A stretch of DNA of 64,000 nt from Gemmatimonadota bacterium. GTDB taxonomy: Bacteria; Gemmatimonadota; Gemmatimonadetes; Gemmatimonadales; Gemmatimonadaceae. The stretch is from NCBI GenBank assembly GCA_031390205.1, contig JANMTG010000084.1, positions 315 to 64,314 of the forward strand. Reading direction: 5' to 3'. The notes beneath the pieces are model-generated. The model ran no database searches. It saw only the letters and a list, made by a program, of their open reading frames with translations, and was not told where the DNA came from. Position 1 is the first letter of the stretch, and each line of letters opens with the position of its first letter. Below are positions 40,223-48,554 of this stretch, piece after piece. Made by a program: the position numbers and the translations under genes.

Positions 40223-40596
40223 CTGTAATTCCCCCGTTCGTCGACCTGTCCGTTGAGTATTGCGAGGAGGGAGCGCAGGTCGCTCTCCATTGCCTCGACA
40301 GCTTGCGAATCCAGGGCCGACCGGGCCACTGTGCGCAGCTCTCCGCTCTTCTTGTACTCGTCGATCTTCTGACGCGCTCCATCAATGGTGTACTTCTCGG
40401 TGTATAGCAGCTGCTTCACCAGCATTATCAGCTCGATCTCCCGGCGCTGATAGACCCGGTTGCCCGAGCGGTTCTTGGCGGGATGAAGAAACTTGAACTG
40501 GCTCTCCCAGTAGCGGAGCACGTGCGGCTTGAGATCCGTGAGCGTACAGACATCGCCGATGGAAAAGAACTCCTGTACCGGTTCCTTCGCTTTCAT
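40219..40596 (-). CDS. MerR-family transcriptional regulator
   Basis: N-terminal HTH FSIGDVCTLTDLKPHVLRYWE...R..GNRVY followed by a coiled-coil. 4-nt overlaps on both sides. Confidence 0.8.
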   Translation of the reverse strand: MKAKEPVQEFFSIGDVCTLTDLKPHVLRYWESQFKFLHPAKNRSGNRVYQRREIELIMLVKQLLYTEKYTIDGARQKIDEYKKSGELRTVARSALDSQAVEAMESDLRSLLAILNGQVDERGNYS

Positions 40597-41588
40597 CCAT
40601 CCACCTCCGCTCTGAGCTCTCGGGTCATCAGGCCGGCGATCGCGCTACGTGCCGGCTGGCCCTCGAACAGTACCCGGTTCACGGTATCCACGATTGGCAT
40701 ATCAACTCCTTCACGCGCCGCGAGCTCTCGCGCGCTCTCCGCCGTCTCAACCCCTTCCGCGACGGTCTCCCTGCCGGCAAGGGCTTCGTCCAGCGATTTC
40801 CCCTTTCCAAGTTCCAGCCCTACTGCCCGATTTCGGCTCAGTGAGCCGGTGCAGGTGAGAACGAGATCACCAAGCCCGGCGAGGCCGGCGAAGGTACTCT
40901 GTTCGGCGCCTAGCGCGACGCCCAGGCGAGTCATCTCGGCGAGGCCTCGCGTAATGAGGGCGGCGCGCGCGTTGAATCCGAGGCCCAGTCCCTCGGCGAT
41001 GCCGGTTGCGACAGCCATCACGTTTTTCAGGGCGCCCCCGAGCTCAACACCTATCACGTCGGTGTGCGTATACACCCGAAAATAAGGCGAGCTGAGCGCG
41101 CGCTGAGTCAGCTCCGCGGCCTCGGCCGATGCCGATGCCGCGACGACCGCTGTAGGCTGGCAGCTCGCCACTTCGGCGGCGAAGCTCGGGCCGGAGAGGG
41201 CAACCACCGTACTGTCGGGAAGCTCTTCCTCGGCGACCTCCGTCATCAGTGCCAGTGTGCCGCGCTCGATTCCCTTGCTGGCGATCACCACGGGCACGGC
41301 GCCGTGCAAGGCGGGTCGCGCGGTCCTTACGATTGTTCGCAGCACCTGCGATGGCGTCGCGATCATTACAAGCTCCGCCGCCGACAGCGCGCGCGGCAGA
41401 TCGCTGTCGGCCACGAGCGAGGCCGCGAGCTTCTGTCCCGGCAGAAACCTCGAGTTCTCGTGGCGGGAGGTTATCGATTCTGCCACATCCCGCTCGTACG
41501 CCCACAAGCGAACCTGGTGCCCATTTCGGGCGAGGAGATCGGCGAGCGCCGTCCCCCAAGCTCCCGCTCCGACCACCGCGCACCGCAT
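40593..41588 (-). CDS. gpsA: NAD(P)H-dependent glycerol-3-phosphate dehydrogenase
   Basis: Start MRCAVVGAGAWGTALA (Rossmann) overlaps the plsY stop (TGATG). The 560-aa supplied ORF is an artefactual extension through plsY. Confidence 0.93.
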   Translation of the reverse strand: MRCAVVGAGAWGTALADLLARNGHQVRLWAYERDVAESITSRHENSRFLPGQKLAASLVADSDLPRALSAAELVMIATPSQVLRTIVRTARPALHGAVPVVIASKGIERGTLALMTEVAEEELPDSTVVALSGPSFAAEVASCQPTAVVAASASAEAAELTQRALSSPYFRVYTHTDVIGVELGGALKNVMAVATGIAEGLGLGFNARAALITRGLAEMTRLGVALGAEQSTFAGLAGLGDLVLTCTGSLSRNRAVGLELGKGKSLDEALAGRETVAEGVETAESARELAAREGVDMPIVDTVNRVLFEGQPARSAIAGLMTRELRAEVDG

Positions 41589-42220
41589 CAGACCCGGTTC
41601 GCTTTCTTCACGAAGCGGTGTTCCTCGCCGCGGCGAAGGCGACCGATGTTGGCGCGGTGCGTCCAGAACACAAAGACCGCGATGATCGTACTGGCGATGA
41701 AAACGGGTGAGACGGGATCTCGCCACCAGGTCAGTATCGCGATTGGGAGAATGGCCGCACTGATGAGAGAAGCCAGGCTGACATAGCGGGTGAAGTAGAA
41801 CACCGCCCCCCAGACGGCCTGCGCAATGAGCAGGGGCACGAACGCGAGAGCGAGAAAAACTCCGCTCGCGGTAGCAACGCCTTTTCCACCTCCTCCTCCC
41901 CCTCCCCCTCCCCTGCCCCGCAGGAAGATCGGCTTGACGTGCCCGAGTATCGCGGCCGCGCCGAACAGAACAGCCCACAGCTCGGGGTTCAGGGTCTCCA
42001 CGTACCGAGGAAGAATCCACACGGGCAAAAAACCCTTGAGGAGATCGGCGACGAACACCAGAACTCCTGTCTTGGTGCCAAGCACTCGCGCGACGTTCGT
42101 CGCGCCGAGATTTCCCGAGCCGTGCGCGCGGAGGTCTACTCCGCGAGACCTCCCGGCGAGATACGCGGATGGTATCGAGCCGGCGAGATAGGAAATCAGG
42201 ATGCCGACTATCGCCGGCAT
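41588..42220 (-). CDS. plsY: glycerol-3-phosphate acyltransferase PlsY
   Basis: GSIPSAYL, GSGNLGATNV, and GGKGVAT motifs. Contains an unusual RGRGGGGGGGGGKG insertion. Confidence 0.93.
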   Translation of the reverse strand: MPAIVGILISYLAGSIPSAYLAGRSRGVDLRAHGSGNLGATNVARVLGTKTGVLVFVADLLKGFLPVWILPRYVETLNPELWAVLFGAAAILGHVKPIFLRGRGGGGGGGGGKGVATASGVFLALAFVPLLIAQAVWGAVFYFTRYVSLASLISAAILPIAILTWWRDPVSPVFIASTIIAVFVFWTHRANIGRLRRGEEHRFVKKANRV

Positions 42221-43528
42221 CTACGCGGATTTTCGGCGCATGATTATCCGCAACGGATTGCCGCGAAAGCCCCATGCTTCCCGAAAGCCGTTGTGCAGGT
42301 AGCGAACATAGTGCTCCTGAACGAGGTCAGGGTTGTTCCCGAACACCGCAATCACCGGCGGCGCTGTCTCTACCTGTGTAGCGTAGTTCAGCTTGATCTC
42401 GCGGCCCGCTGCCTGAGGCGGTTGGCGACGGCCCACAATTGCCTCGAGCGTTGTGTTCACCACCGACGTGCTGATGCGCTTGTGCCGCTCCGCATCGACT
42501 TCCAGCAGGAGATCGAGAATCTTCGTCACGCGCTGGCCGCTGAGTGCCGAGGTAAAGATGAATGGAACGAACTTGAGGAAAGGCGCCTTTTCCTGACATT
42601 CGTTCTCGAATTTCACCGCGGTGTTGTTGTCCTTTTCCTTGAGGTCCCACTTGTTGACCACGACTATCAGCCCGCGCCCACTTTCCCACGCCAGAGCCGC
42701 GATCTTGAGATCCTGGTTATGAAGTCCGTCCACGGCATCGAGGATCAGGATGCTGATGTCCGAGCGTTCGATGGCGCGGCGTGTACGAAGCGAGGAATAG
42801 AACTCGATGCCGTCGCTGACCTTGGACTGCCGTCTCAACCCGGCGGTATCGATGAACACGACCTGGCGCCCGTGATACGACATGGGAGTATCGATCGCGT
42901 CGCGCGTGGTCCCGGCTTCGTCCGCAACTACCAGCCGCTCCTCGCCGAGGAGACGATTGATGATGGATGACTTCCCGACATTCGGGCGTCCCACGACCGC
43001 GACCCGCAGCGCATCGGGAATCTCCTCGGCGGCGACCGGAATCCGTTTCACGACCACGTCCAGCATGTCGCCGGAATTCTTCCCGTTGACGGCGGAAACG
43101 GGAACCGGATCCCCCGCTCCCAGCTCGTAGAACTCGTAGAAATCCGTCGTTGCGGGGTCGTCGACCTTGTTGGCGACGAGCACCCAGGGCTTCCGTGATT
43201 CACGCAACAGCGCCACCACACGCGAGTCGCTCGGGTGAAGGCCATGCTTCGCGTCCACGACGAGCATGAGCAGGTCGGATTCCTCGATCGCCTGCATCAC
43301 CTGACGCTTTATCTCGACGTCCATCGGCATTCGTGGGTCGTCCGTCAGTCCACCCGTGTCCACCAGCCAGAACTGCCGGCCATTCCACTCGGCGCGAGCG
43401 AAGTGGCGATCGCGGGTGGTTCCCGCCTCTTCACTGACAATGGCGCTGTTCTCGCCCACGATGCGGTTGAAGAGGGCAGACTTCCCCACATTGGGCCGGC
43501 CGATCAGAGCAATGACGGGGATGTTCAC
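42221..43528 (-). CDS. der: ribosome-associated GTPase Der (EngA)
   Basis: Two G domains with GRPNVGKSALFN and GRPNVGKSSIIN P-loops, plus a C-terminal KH-like domain. Confidence 0.96.
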   Translation of the reverse strand: MNIPVIALIGRPNVGKSALFNRIVGENSAIVSEEAGTTRDRHFARAEWNGRQFWLVDTGGLTDDPRMPMDVEIKRQVMQAIEESDLLMLVVDAKHGLHPSDSRVVALLRESRKPWVLVANKVDDPATTDFYEFYELGAGDPVPVSAVNGKNSGDMLDVVVKRIPVAAEEIPDALRVAVVGRPNVGKSSIINRLLGEERLVVADEAGTTRDAIDTPMSYHGRQVVFIDTAGLRRQSKVSDGIEFYSSLRTRRAIERSDISILILDAVDGLHNQDLKIAALAWESGRGLIVVVNKWDLKEKDNNTAVKFENECQEKAPFLKFVPFIFTSALSGQRVTKILDLLLEVDAERHKRISTSVVNTTLEAIVGRRQPPQAAGREIKLNYATQVETAPPVIAVFGNNPDLVQEHYVRYLHNGFREAWGFRGNPLRIIMRRKSA

Positions 43529-44811
43529 GCCACCACTCCGCTTGGTTCCTGCTCCAGCACATCGATGAAGTCATACGAAGGGAAGACGGGCATCGGGAGA
43601 ATTTCGCGCAGGCTGGAAAGCGGATAGTCATCCAGAAAGAGGCTGTCCTCGTTGATGGTCTCGGCCGGAATCAGCGCCATTCCGAGATCGACCCGGTCCC
43701 TGAGGGCGTCGGCAATGTCCTTCCCGACGAGCAATCCCGCGGTGGTGATCGTCGGGCCGAAGAGGGAGTTCTCTGCAACGATCAACTCGAAGTGCGCGCC
43801 GGTTGCACCGTGGAGACTTTCCAGCAGTGGTTGCATGAGGGGAGCCATTGCCAGTCCCGTGACCACGCCGATCCGCTGGCCATCGCGGCGCCCCATTCGG
43901 GCAAGCCCTTCGGCAACGCGCATGCGCAGCGACGTGACCGCGCCCACACCGTTCTCGATTTGCGCGAACTCGCCATAGTGCGCCGGACCGGGAAGCTCAC
44001 GCCCCGCGAGCATGTAGAGCTCGTCGGAACCGAACACCCACGTCTCGCCGCGCTCCACCAGTCCGCGCTCACCCCAGCGCTCCACCTGGCTGAGAACGAC
44101 CCCGGCGGTTGTTCGGTCCATTCCCTTCCCCGTATACAGGTGGGAGAACTGCGTGAGTCCCACGGGTACCACGGCGGCAGACAATACCGAGTCACCCATC
44201 TCCCAGAGATCCCGGAGTGATTCATCGAGGACGTCCCCATCGTTGAGCCCGGGAACCACCACCATCTGGCAGTGAAACTGGATTCCTCCGGCGGCGAGGC
44301 GCGCGAGCTGCTGCTTGATGTCGGGGACGCGCGAATTGTTGAGAAGCACCTTTCGCGCTTCGTGATTCGTCGCGTGGACGGAGACATATAGCGGCGACAG
44401 GCGATACTCGAGAATCCGCTCGATATCCCTGTCTTTCACGTTGGAGAGCGTGGCGAAGTTTCCATACGCGAAGGAAAGGCGGTAGTCGTCGTCGCGTATG
44501 TAGAGCGGCTTACGGAGTCCGGGCGGCAATCCTTCGATGAAGCAGAATTCGCAGCGGTTCGCGCAGCGCCGCACAGGCGGAGGTTCGAGCGCGAGACCGA
44601 GCGGCTCGCCGTCGAGCCTCTCGAACTCATAGACGATGGGCTCACCATCCGGCTGCCGGGCCTCTACCACAAGATCTTCGTCCGCGGTAAGAAATTCCCA
44701 GTCGAGGAAATCCGTCACGGGCCGGCCGTTGACAGTGAGCAGCTCGGTTCCGGGCTGAATTCCCAGAGCCGCGGCGATGCTCTCCTGCTCTATACGGGCG
44801 ACTTTCACCAT
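43525..44811 (-). CDS. DUF512-type radical SAM protein with N-terminal PDZ-like domain
   Basis: CANRCEFCF (CxxxCxxC) after an N-terminal PDZ-like segment (GIQPGTELLTVNGRPV). 4-nt overlap with der. Family call is from pattern and the known der-adjacent synteny. Confidence 0.78.
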   Translation of the reverse strand: MVKVARIEQESIAAALGIQPGTELLTVNGRPVTDFLDWEFLTADEDLVVEARQPDGEPIVYEFERLDGEPLGLALEPPPVRRCANRCEFCFIEGLPPGLRKPLYIRDDDYRLSFAYGNFATLSNVKDRDIERILEYRLSPLYVSVHATNHEARKVLLNNSRVPDIKQQLARLAAGGIQFHCQMVVVPGLNDGDVLDESLRDLWEMGDSVLSAAVVPVGLTQFSHLYTGKGMDRTTAGVVLSQVERWGERGLVERGETWVFGSDELYMLAGRELPGPAHYGEFAQIENGVGAVTSLRMRVAEGLARMGRRDGQRIGVVTGLAMAPLMQPLLESLHGATGAHFELIVAENSLFGPTITTAGLLVGKDIADALRDRVDLGMALIPAETINEDSLFLDDYPLSSLREILPMPVFPSYDFIDVLEQEPSGVVA

Positions 44812-44882
44812 AGCTAAAGTAATTTATAGGCAAAGCGGCCGAAATCAAGGAATTGCCGCGCTTTAGCTCCCCGCCGACTGGC

Positions 44883-46700
44883 CTAAACTGGGGCCGCTGC
44901 CGCCAGGGACTCGAGCAGCTTTCGCGCGCGTTCGGGGTTGAACCCCGGCAGCCTGGAGATTGCCTCCTCTCCCGCATCTCGAACTCCCTGAATGCTTCCG
45001 AATTGCTGGAGGAGCCGCCGGCGCTTTATTGGGCCGATCCCGGGAACTTTCAGCAGCTCAGATGTTACCGTCCTCATGCTCCGGCGCTTGCGGTTGTAGG
45101 TGACCGCAAAACGGTGTGCCTCATCGCGAGCCTGCTGGAGCAGTCTCAACGCTGGAGAGCGGCGCGAGAGCTTGACGGGCTCCGAGCGTCCCCACACGAA
45201 GATTTCCTCCTCGCGCTTGGCGAGGCTGATCAGCGGACGGTCGAGGCTCAGCTCCGCCATCGCTGCCTGGGCCGCCGAGAGCTGTCCTTTGCCGCCGTCG
45301 ATCACGACCAGGTCTGGCAGCGGCTTCTCATCCGCGAGCCGGCGTGCGAAGTAGCGGCGGACGACCTCGCGCATCGAGGCAAAATCATCCGTGCCTTCGA
45401 CGGTTTTCACCTTGAATTTCCTGTACTCCGCTCGCTTCGGCCGTCCGTTCTCGAACCACACGGCGGATCCCACCGTATCGGTTCCCTGAGTAGTGGAGAT
45501 GTCAAAACACACCAGCGCGCGGGGCAGCCGCTGAAGTCCGAGCTCCCTGCCCAGCTCGTAAACCGGATCGCCGGCCCGTTCGTCCGCTTCCATCGACGAC
45601 AGCTTGAGCTCCTCGAGCAGATGCCGGGCGTTCTGCTCCGCCAGCGCGATCAACTCGCGGCGCGGGCCCCGCTGGGGAATATGGATCCGGGTGTCGGAAA
45701 GCGCCTGCTCCACGAGTTCGCGATCCGGAAAATCGAATGGCAACAGCAGCTGACGCGCGCGCTCCTGCATGCCGACGTAGCTCCCTGCCAGAAAAATCGA
45801 GAGAACCGCCGTGTCCTCCTCGCCATCGATGTTCTCCAGAAAACGGTGCTCGCGGGAGAGCAGCTTGCCGCCCCTGATTCGCAACACGGTCACACAGGCG
45901 TCGTCTCCGTCGCGCGCGTACCCGATGACATCACGGTCGCCACCCTCCACCTCAAGCACTACCGTCGGCTCCTCCATCTGCTCGAGATGGTGCAGCGCAT
46001 CACGCAGCTCCGCGGCCCGCTCGAAATCGAGCTGCTCGGAAGCGAGATCCATGCGCTCCGTCACACGGCGAACGACCTCGTCGGGACGCCCCGACAGAAA
46101 GAGCACGACTTCGTCTATCATGGCGCGGTAGTCGTGCTGCGACTGCGCCATGATGCACGGCGCCTTGCAGCGCTTGATGTAGTAGTCGAGACACGGACGC
46201 TCAGGCATTTGCGCCGGCATGTCGTAGTTGCAGCTGCGGACGGTGAAGATCCGCTTCACTACGTTCAGCGAGCGACGCATGGCCCCGACATCGGTGTAGG
46301 GCCCGAAATATTTCGCGCCGTCATCCTCGAGACGCCGCGTGACCCAGACGCGGGGGAAGGGCTCCTGGACGGTCACTTTGATGTACGGATATGACTTGTC
46401 GTCGCGCAGCGCGATGTTGAAGCGCGGGCGATACTCCTTTATCAGGTTCGCCTCGAGAATCAGCGCATGCGACTCGCTTGGAACGACGATCGTCTCGACG
46501 TCAGCGACAAGGCCCACCAGGTGCCTCGTCTTGAGGTTCTCGAGCTGGTCATTGGCGAAATAACTCCTCACCCTCGAGCGGAGCCGTTTCGCCTTTCCTA
46601 CGTAGAGGGTGGTCCCGTCCCTTCCCTTCCACAGATAGACACCGGGTCCATCAGGAAGGTGAGGGAGCTTGGCTGCAACAGCATCTGGAACGGGGAGCAT
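44883..46700 (-). CDS. uvrC: excinuclease ABC subunit C
   Basis: GIY-YIG N-terminus (GPGVYLWK...LYVGKAKRLRSR), a UVR domain, and C-terminal HhH (GIGPIKRRRLL); 605 aa. Confidence 0.96.
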   Translation of the reverse strand: MLPVPDAVAAKLPHLPDGPGVYLWKGRDGTTLYVGKAKRLRSRVRSYFANDQLENLKTRHLVGLVADVETIVVPSESHALILEANLIKEYRPRFNIALRDDKSYPYIKVTVQEPFPRVWVTRRLEDDGAKYFGPYTDVGAMRRSLNVVKRIFTVRSCNYDMPAQMPERPCLDYYIKRCKAPCIMAQSQHDYRAMIDEVVLFLSGRPDEVVRRVTERMDLASEQLDFERAAELRDALHHLEQMEEPTVVLEVEGGDRDVIGYARDGDDACVTVLRIRGGKLLSREHRFLENIDGEEDTAVLSIFLAGSYVGMQERARQLLLPFDFPDRELVEQALSDTRIHIPQRGPRRELIALAEQNARHLLEELKLSSMEADERAGDPVYELGRELGLQRLPRALVCFDISTTQGTDTVGSAVWFENGRPKRAEYRKFKVKTVEGTDDFASMREVVRRYFARRLADEKPLPDLVVIDGGKGQLSAAQAAMAELSLDRPLISLAKREEEIFVWGRSEPVKLSRRSPALRLLQQARDEAHRFAVTYNRKRRSMRTVTSELLKVPGIGPIKRRRLLQQFGSIQGVRDAGEEAISRLPGFNPERARKLLESLAAAAPV

Positions 46701-46790
46701 GCGTAATTATACCCTTACCTACGGAGCGGGATCGCCATCGCCGAAGTTCGTTGCCCAAAGAAAGTCAAGAGCCCGCAAAGGCACATCGGA

Positions 46791-48554
46791 TCACCTCTTG
46801 GCCCGTCCCAGCCTCAAGACTCTCAATCCGCGATCGACGACGTTGCTCGCCTCTGGAATGCGGAACGCCGCCGTGATGGCCAGATATGATAGTCCGTAGG
46901 CAGCGAGAAGGACGAACGCGAGAAGCTTCGATTGCACCGCCGTAGAGTGAATCGATATCAACGCGCCGCCGCGATCGACGAACAGTTTGTAAGCCCATGG
47001 TATCGTCGCGCTGGCGATTGCCGCAAACCAGAGCCGCGCCATGCGTGATGAGACGAAGCGCGTGCGCCCGATCCGCGAGTCCAGTGCGCGCCGAAGGAAA
47101 TAGAACTCCACCCACCCGGCGAATCCCGCGGACATCGTGAGTCCCGCCGCTCCAAGTCGCCGATCGATTCCCAGCATGTCGGGGAGGACAAGCGCGAAAA
47201 AATATCCGAGCACTGTCGTAAGAAAAACCCGCACCATCGCGTAACGCAGCGGAGTCCGGGTATCACGAAGCGCGTAGAACGTGGACGAGTACAGCCGGCC
47301 CATAGTCGACGCCAGGAGTCCAACCGTAGATCCAATGAGAATCTGCCAGACCCAGATCGTATCACCGCGGTCGAACTCGCCGCTTTCGTAAAGCAGATGG
47401 ACGATGAGGTCCCCGAGAGCGAAGAGGCCGACCGCGCTGGGCACAATGAAGTACGCGATGCGGTCGAGTCCGTCGCTCAACCGGCCGCGGAGATAAGCTG
47501 CGATTTCCACCGCGCTGCCCACCGCGCGCGACATCGTCGGCAGCTCGGCGGCCGATATCGCCATGCCGAAAAGGCTGATGGGCAGGACGAAGATTCCCTG
47601 TGCGAACGTAAATGCCGAGACAGCCCCGTTGGGCAGATAGCTCGCCAGCCAGGCGTCGACGTACGCGCTCAGCTGCACGACGCCACGACCTATGAACGCA
47701 GGAACGAAGTTGCGGAAAACGTTCCGCACGCTTTGCGTGCCCGTATCGATGCGCGGGCGGACGCCTCTCGCCAGCTTGATGACGAGCGGTAGCTGAATGC
47801 CGAACTGAAGCGCGCTGCCTACCACCGATCCGATCGCGAGATAGAACGCCAGCTCCACTGCGTCGCGGCCCTCGTGAAAGAACACGAGCGTCGCGACCAT
47901 CGCGAAGTTCCACACCACCGGAGCTGCGTAGGACATGAAGAAGCGGCGATGGCTGTTGAGTATTCCGAGACACCAGGCCGAGAACACGAGGAGCGCCGCC
48001 CCGGGGAACAGTATTCTCGTGAGTCTGACGGTGAGCTCGCGCTTCTCGCCGGTGAAGCCATTGGCGATTGCCGCTACCAGGTACGGCGCGCCCAGCATTC
48101 CCAGCAGGACGAGGATTGACGCCACGAGCGCGAGCATCCCCGCCACAGCTCCGGCAAGTCTCGTCGCTTCCTTCTCGTCTCCCCTGCCGAGAAGTCCGGC
48201 GTACTCCGGTATGAACGACGCCGAGAGCACGCCCTCGCCAAAGAGATTCTGCAACATGTTGGGGATGCGGAACGCGGCGCTGAAGGCGTCGGCGGCGAGG
48301 CCAATTCCGAGATAGCGGGCCATCATCGTCTGCCGGATGAGACCGGCGAAGCGGCTGAGGAGAATCCCCATGCCCACGAGCAGCGCAGCACTCTTCGATC
48401 GGCCTATAGCTGGCGCCCCGCCGCGATCGGTTGTCCGCCGCTCGATCGGCGGTGCAGTTTCGGTTACTTCATCCGGTTGCGGCGGGAGGAACTCGGGGAG
48501 CGAGCGATCTTCAACGTGCGGCTCCTCGTCGGGTGCCTTCGCATCCGCGCTCAC
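46791..48554 (-). CDS. murJ: lipid II flippase MurJ (MviN) with acidic N-terminal extension
   Basis: GTGA overlap with bshC. LLSRFAGLIRQ...FRIPNMLQNLFGEG signature and about 14 TM helices. About 55 extra N-terminal residues. Confidence 0.9.
   Translation of the reverse strand: MSADAKAPDEEPHVEDRSLPEFLPPQPDEVTETAPPIERRTTDRGGAPAIGRSKSAALLVGMGILLSRFAGLIRQTMMARYLGIGLAADAFSAAFRIPNMLQNLFGEGVLSASFIPEYAGLLGRGDEKEATRLAGAVAGMLALVASILVLLGMLGAPYLVAAIANGFTGEKRELTVRLTRILFPGAALLVFSAWCLGILNSHRRFFMSYAAPVVWNFAMVATLVFFHEGRDAVELAFYLAIGSVVGSALQFGIQLPLVIKLARGVRPRIDTGTQSVRNVFRNFVPAFIGRGVVQLSAYVDAWLASYLPNGAVSAFTFAQGIFVLPISLFGMAISAAELPTMSRAVGSAVEIAAYLRGRLSDGLDRIAYFIVPSAVGLFALGDLIVHLLYESGEFDRGDTIWVWQILIGSTVGLLASTMGRLYSSTFYALRDTRTPLRYAMVRVFLTTVLGYFFALVLPDMLGIDRRLGAAGLTMSAGFAGWVEFYFLRRALDSRIGRTRFVSSRMARLWFAAIASATIPWAYKLFVDRGGALISIHSTAVQSKLLAFVLLAAYGLSYLAITAAFRIPEASNVVDRGLRVLRLGRAKR

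Noticed and set aside
41589-42275. N-terminal 228 aa of the 560-aa ORF that contains gpsA.
   Set aside because: This part overlaps plsY in another frame and has junk-like composition. The canonical Rossmann N-terminus MRCAVVGAGAWG begins at 41588, exactly overlapping the plsY stop.
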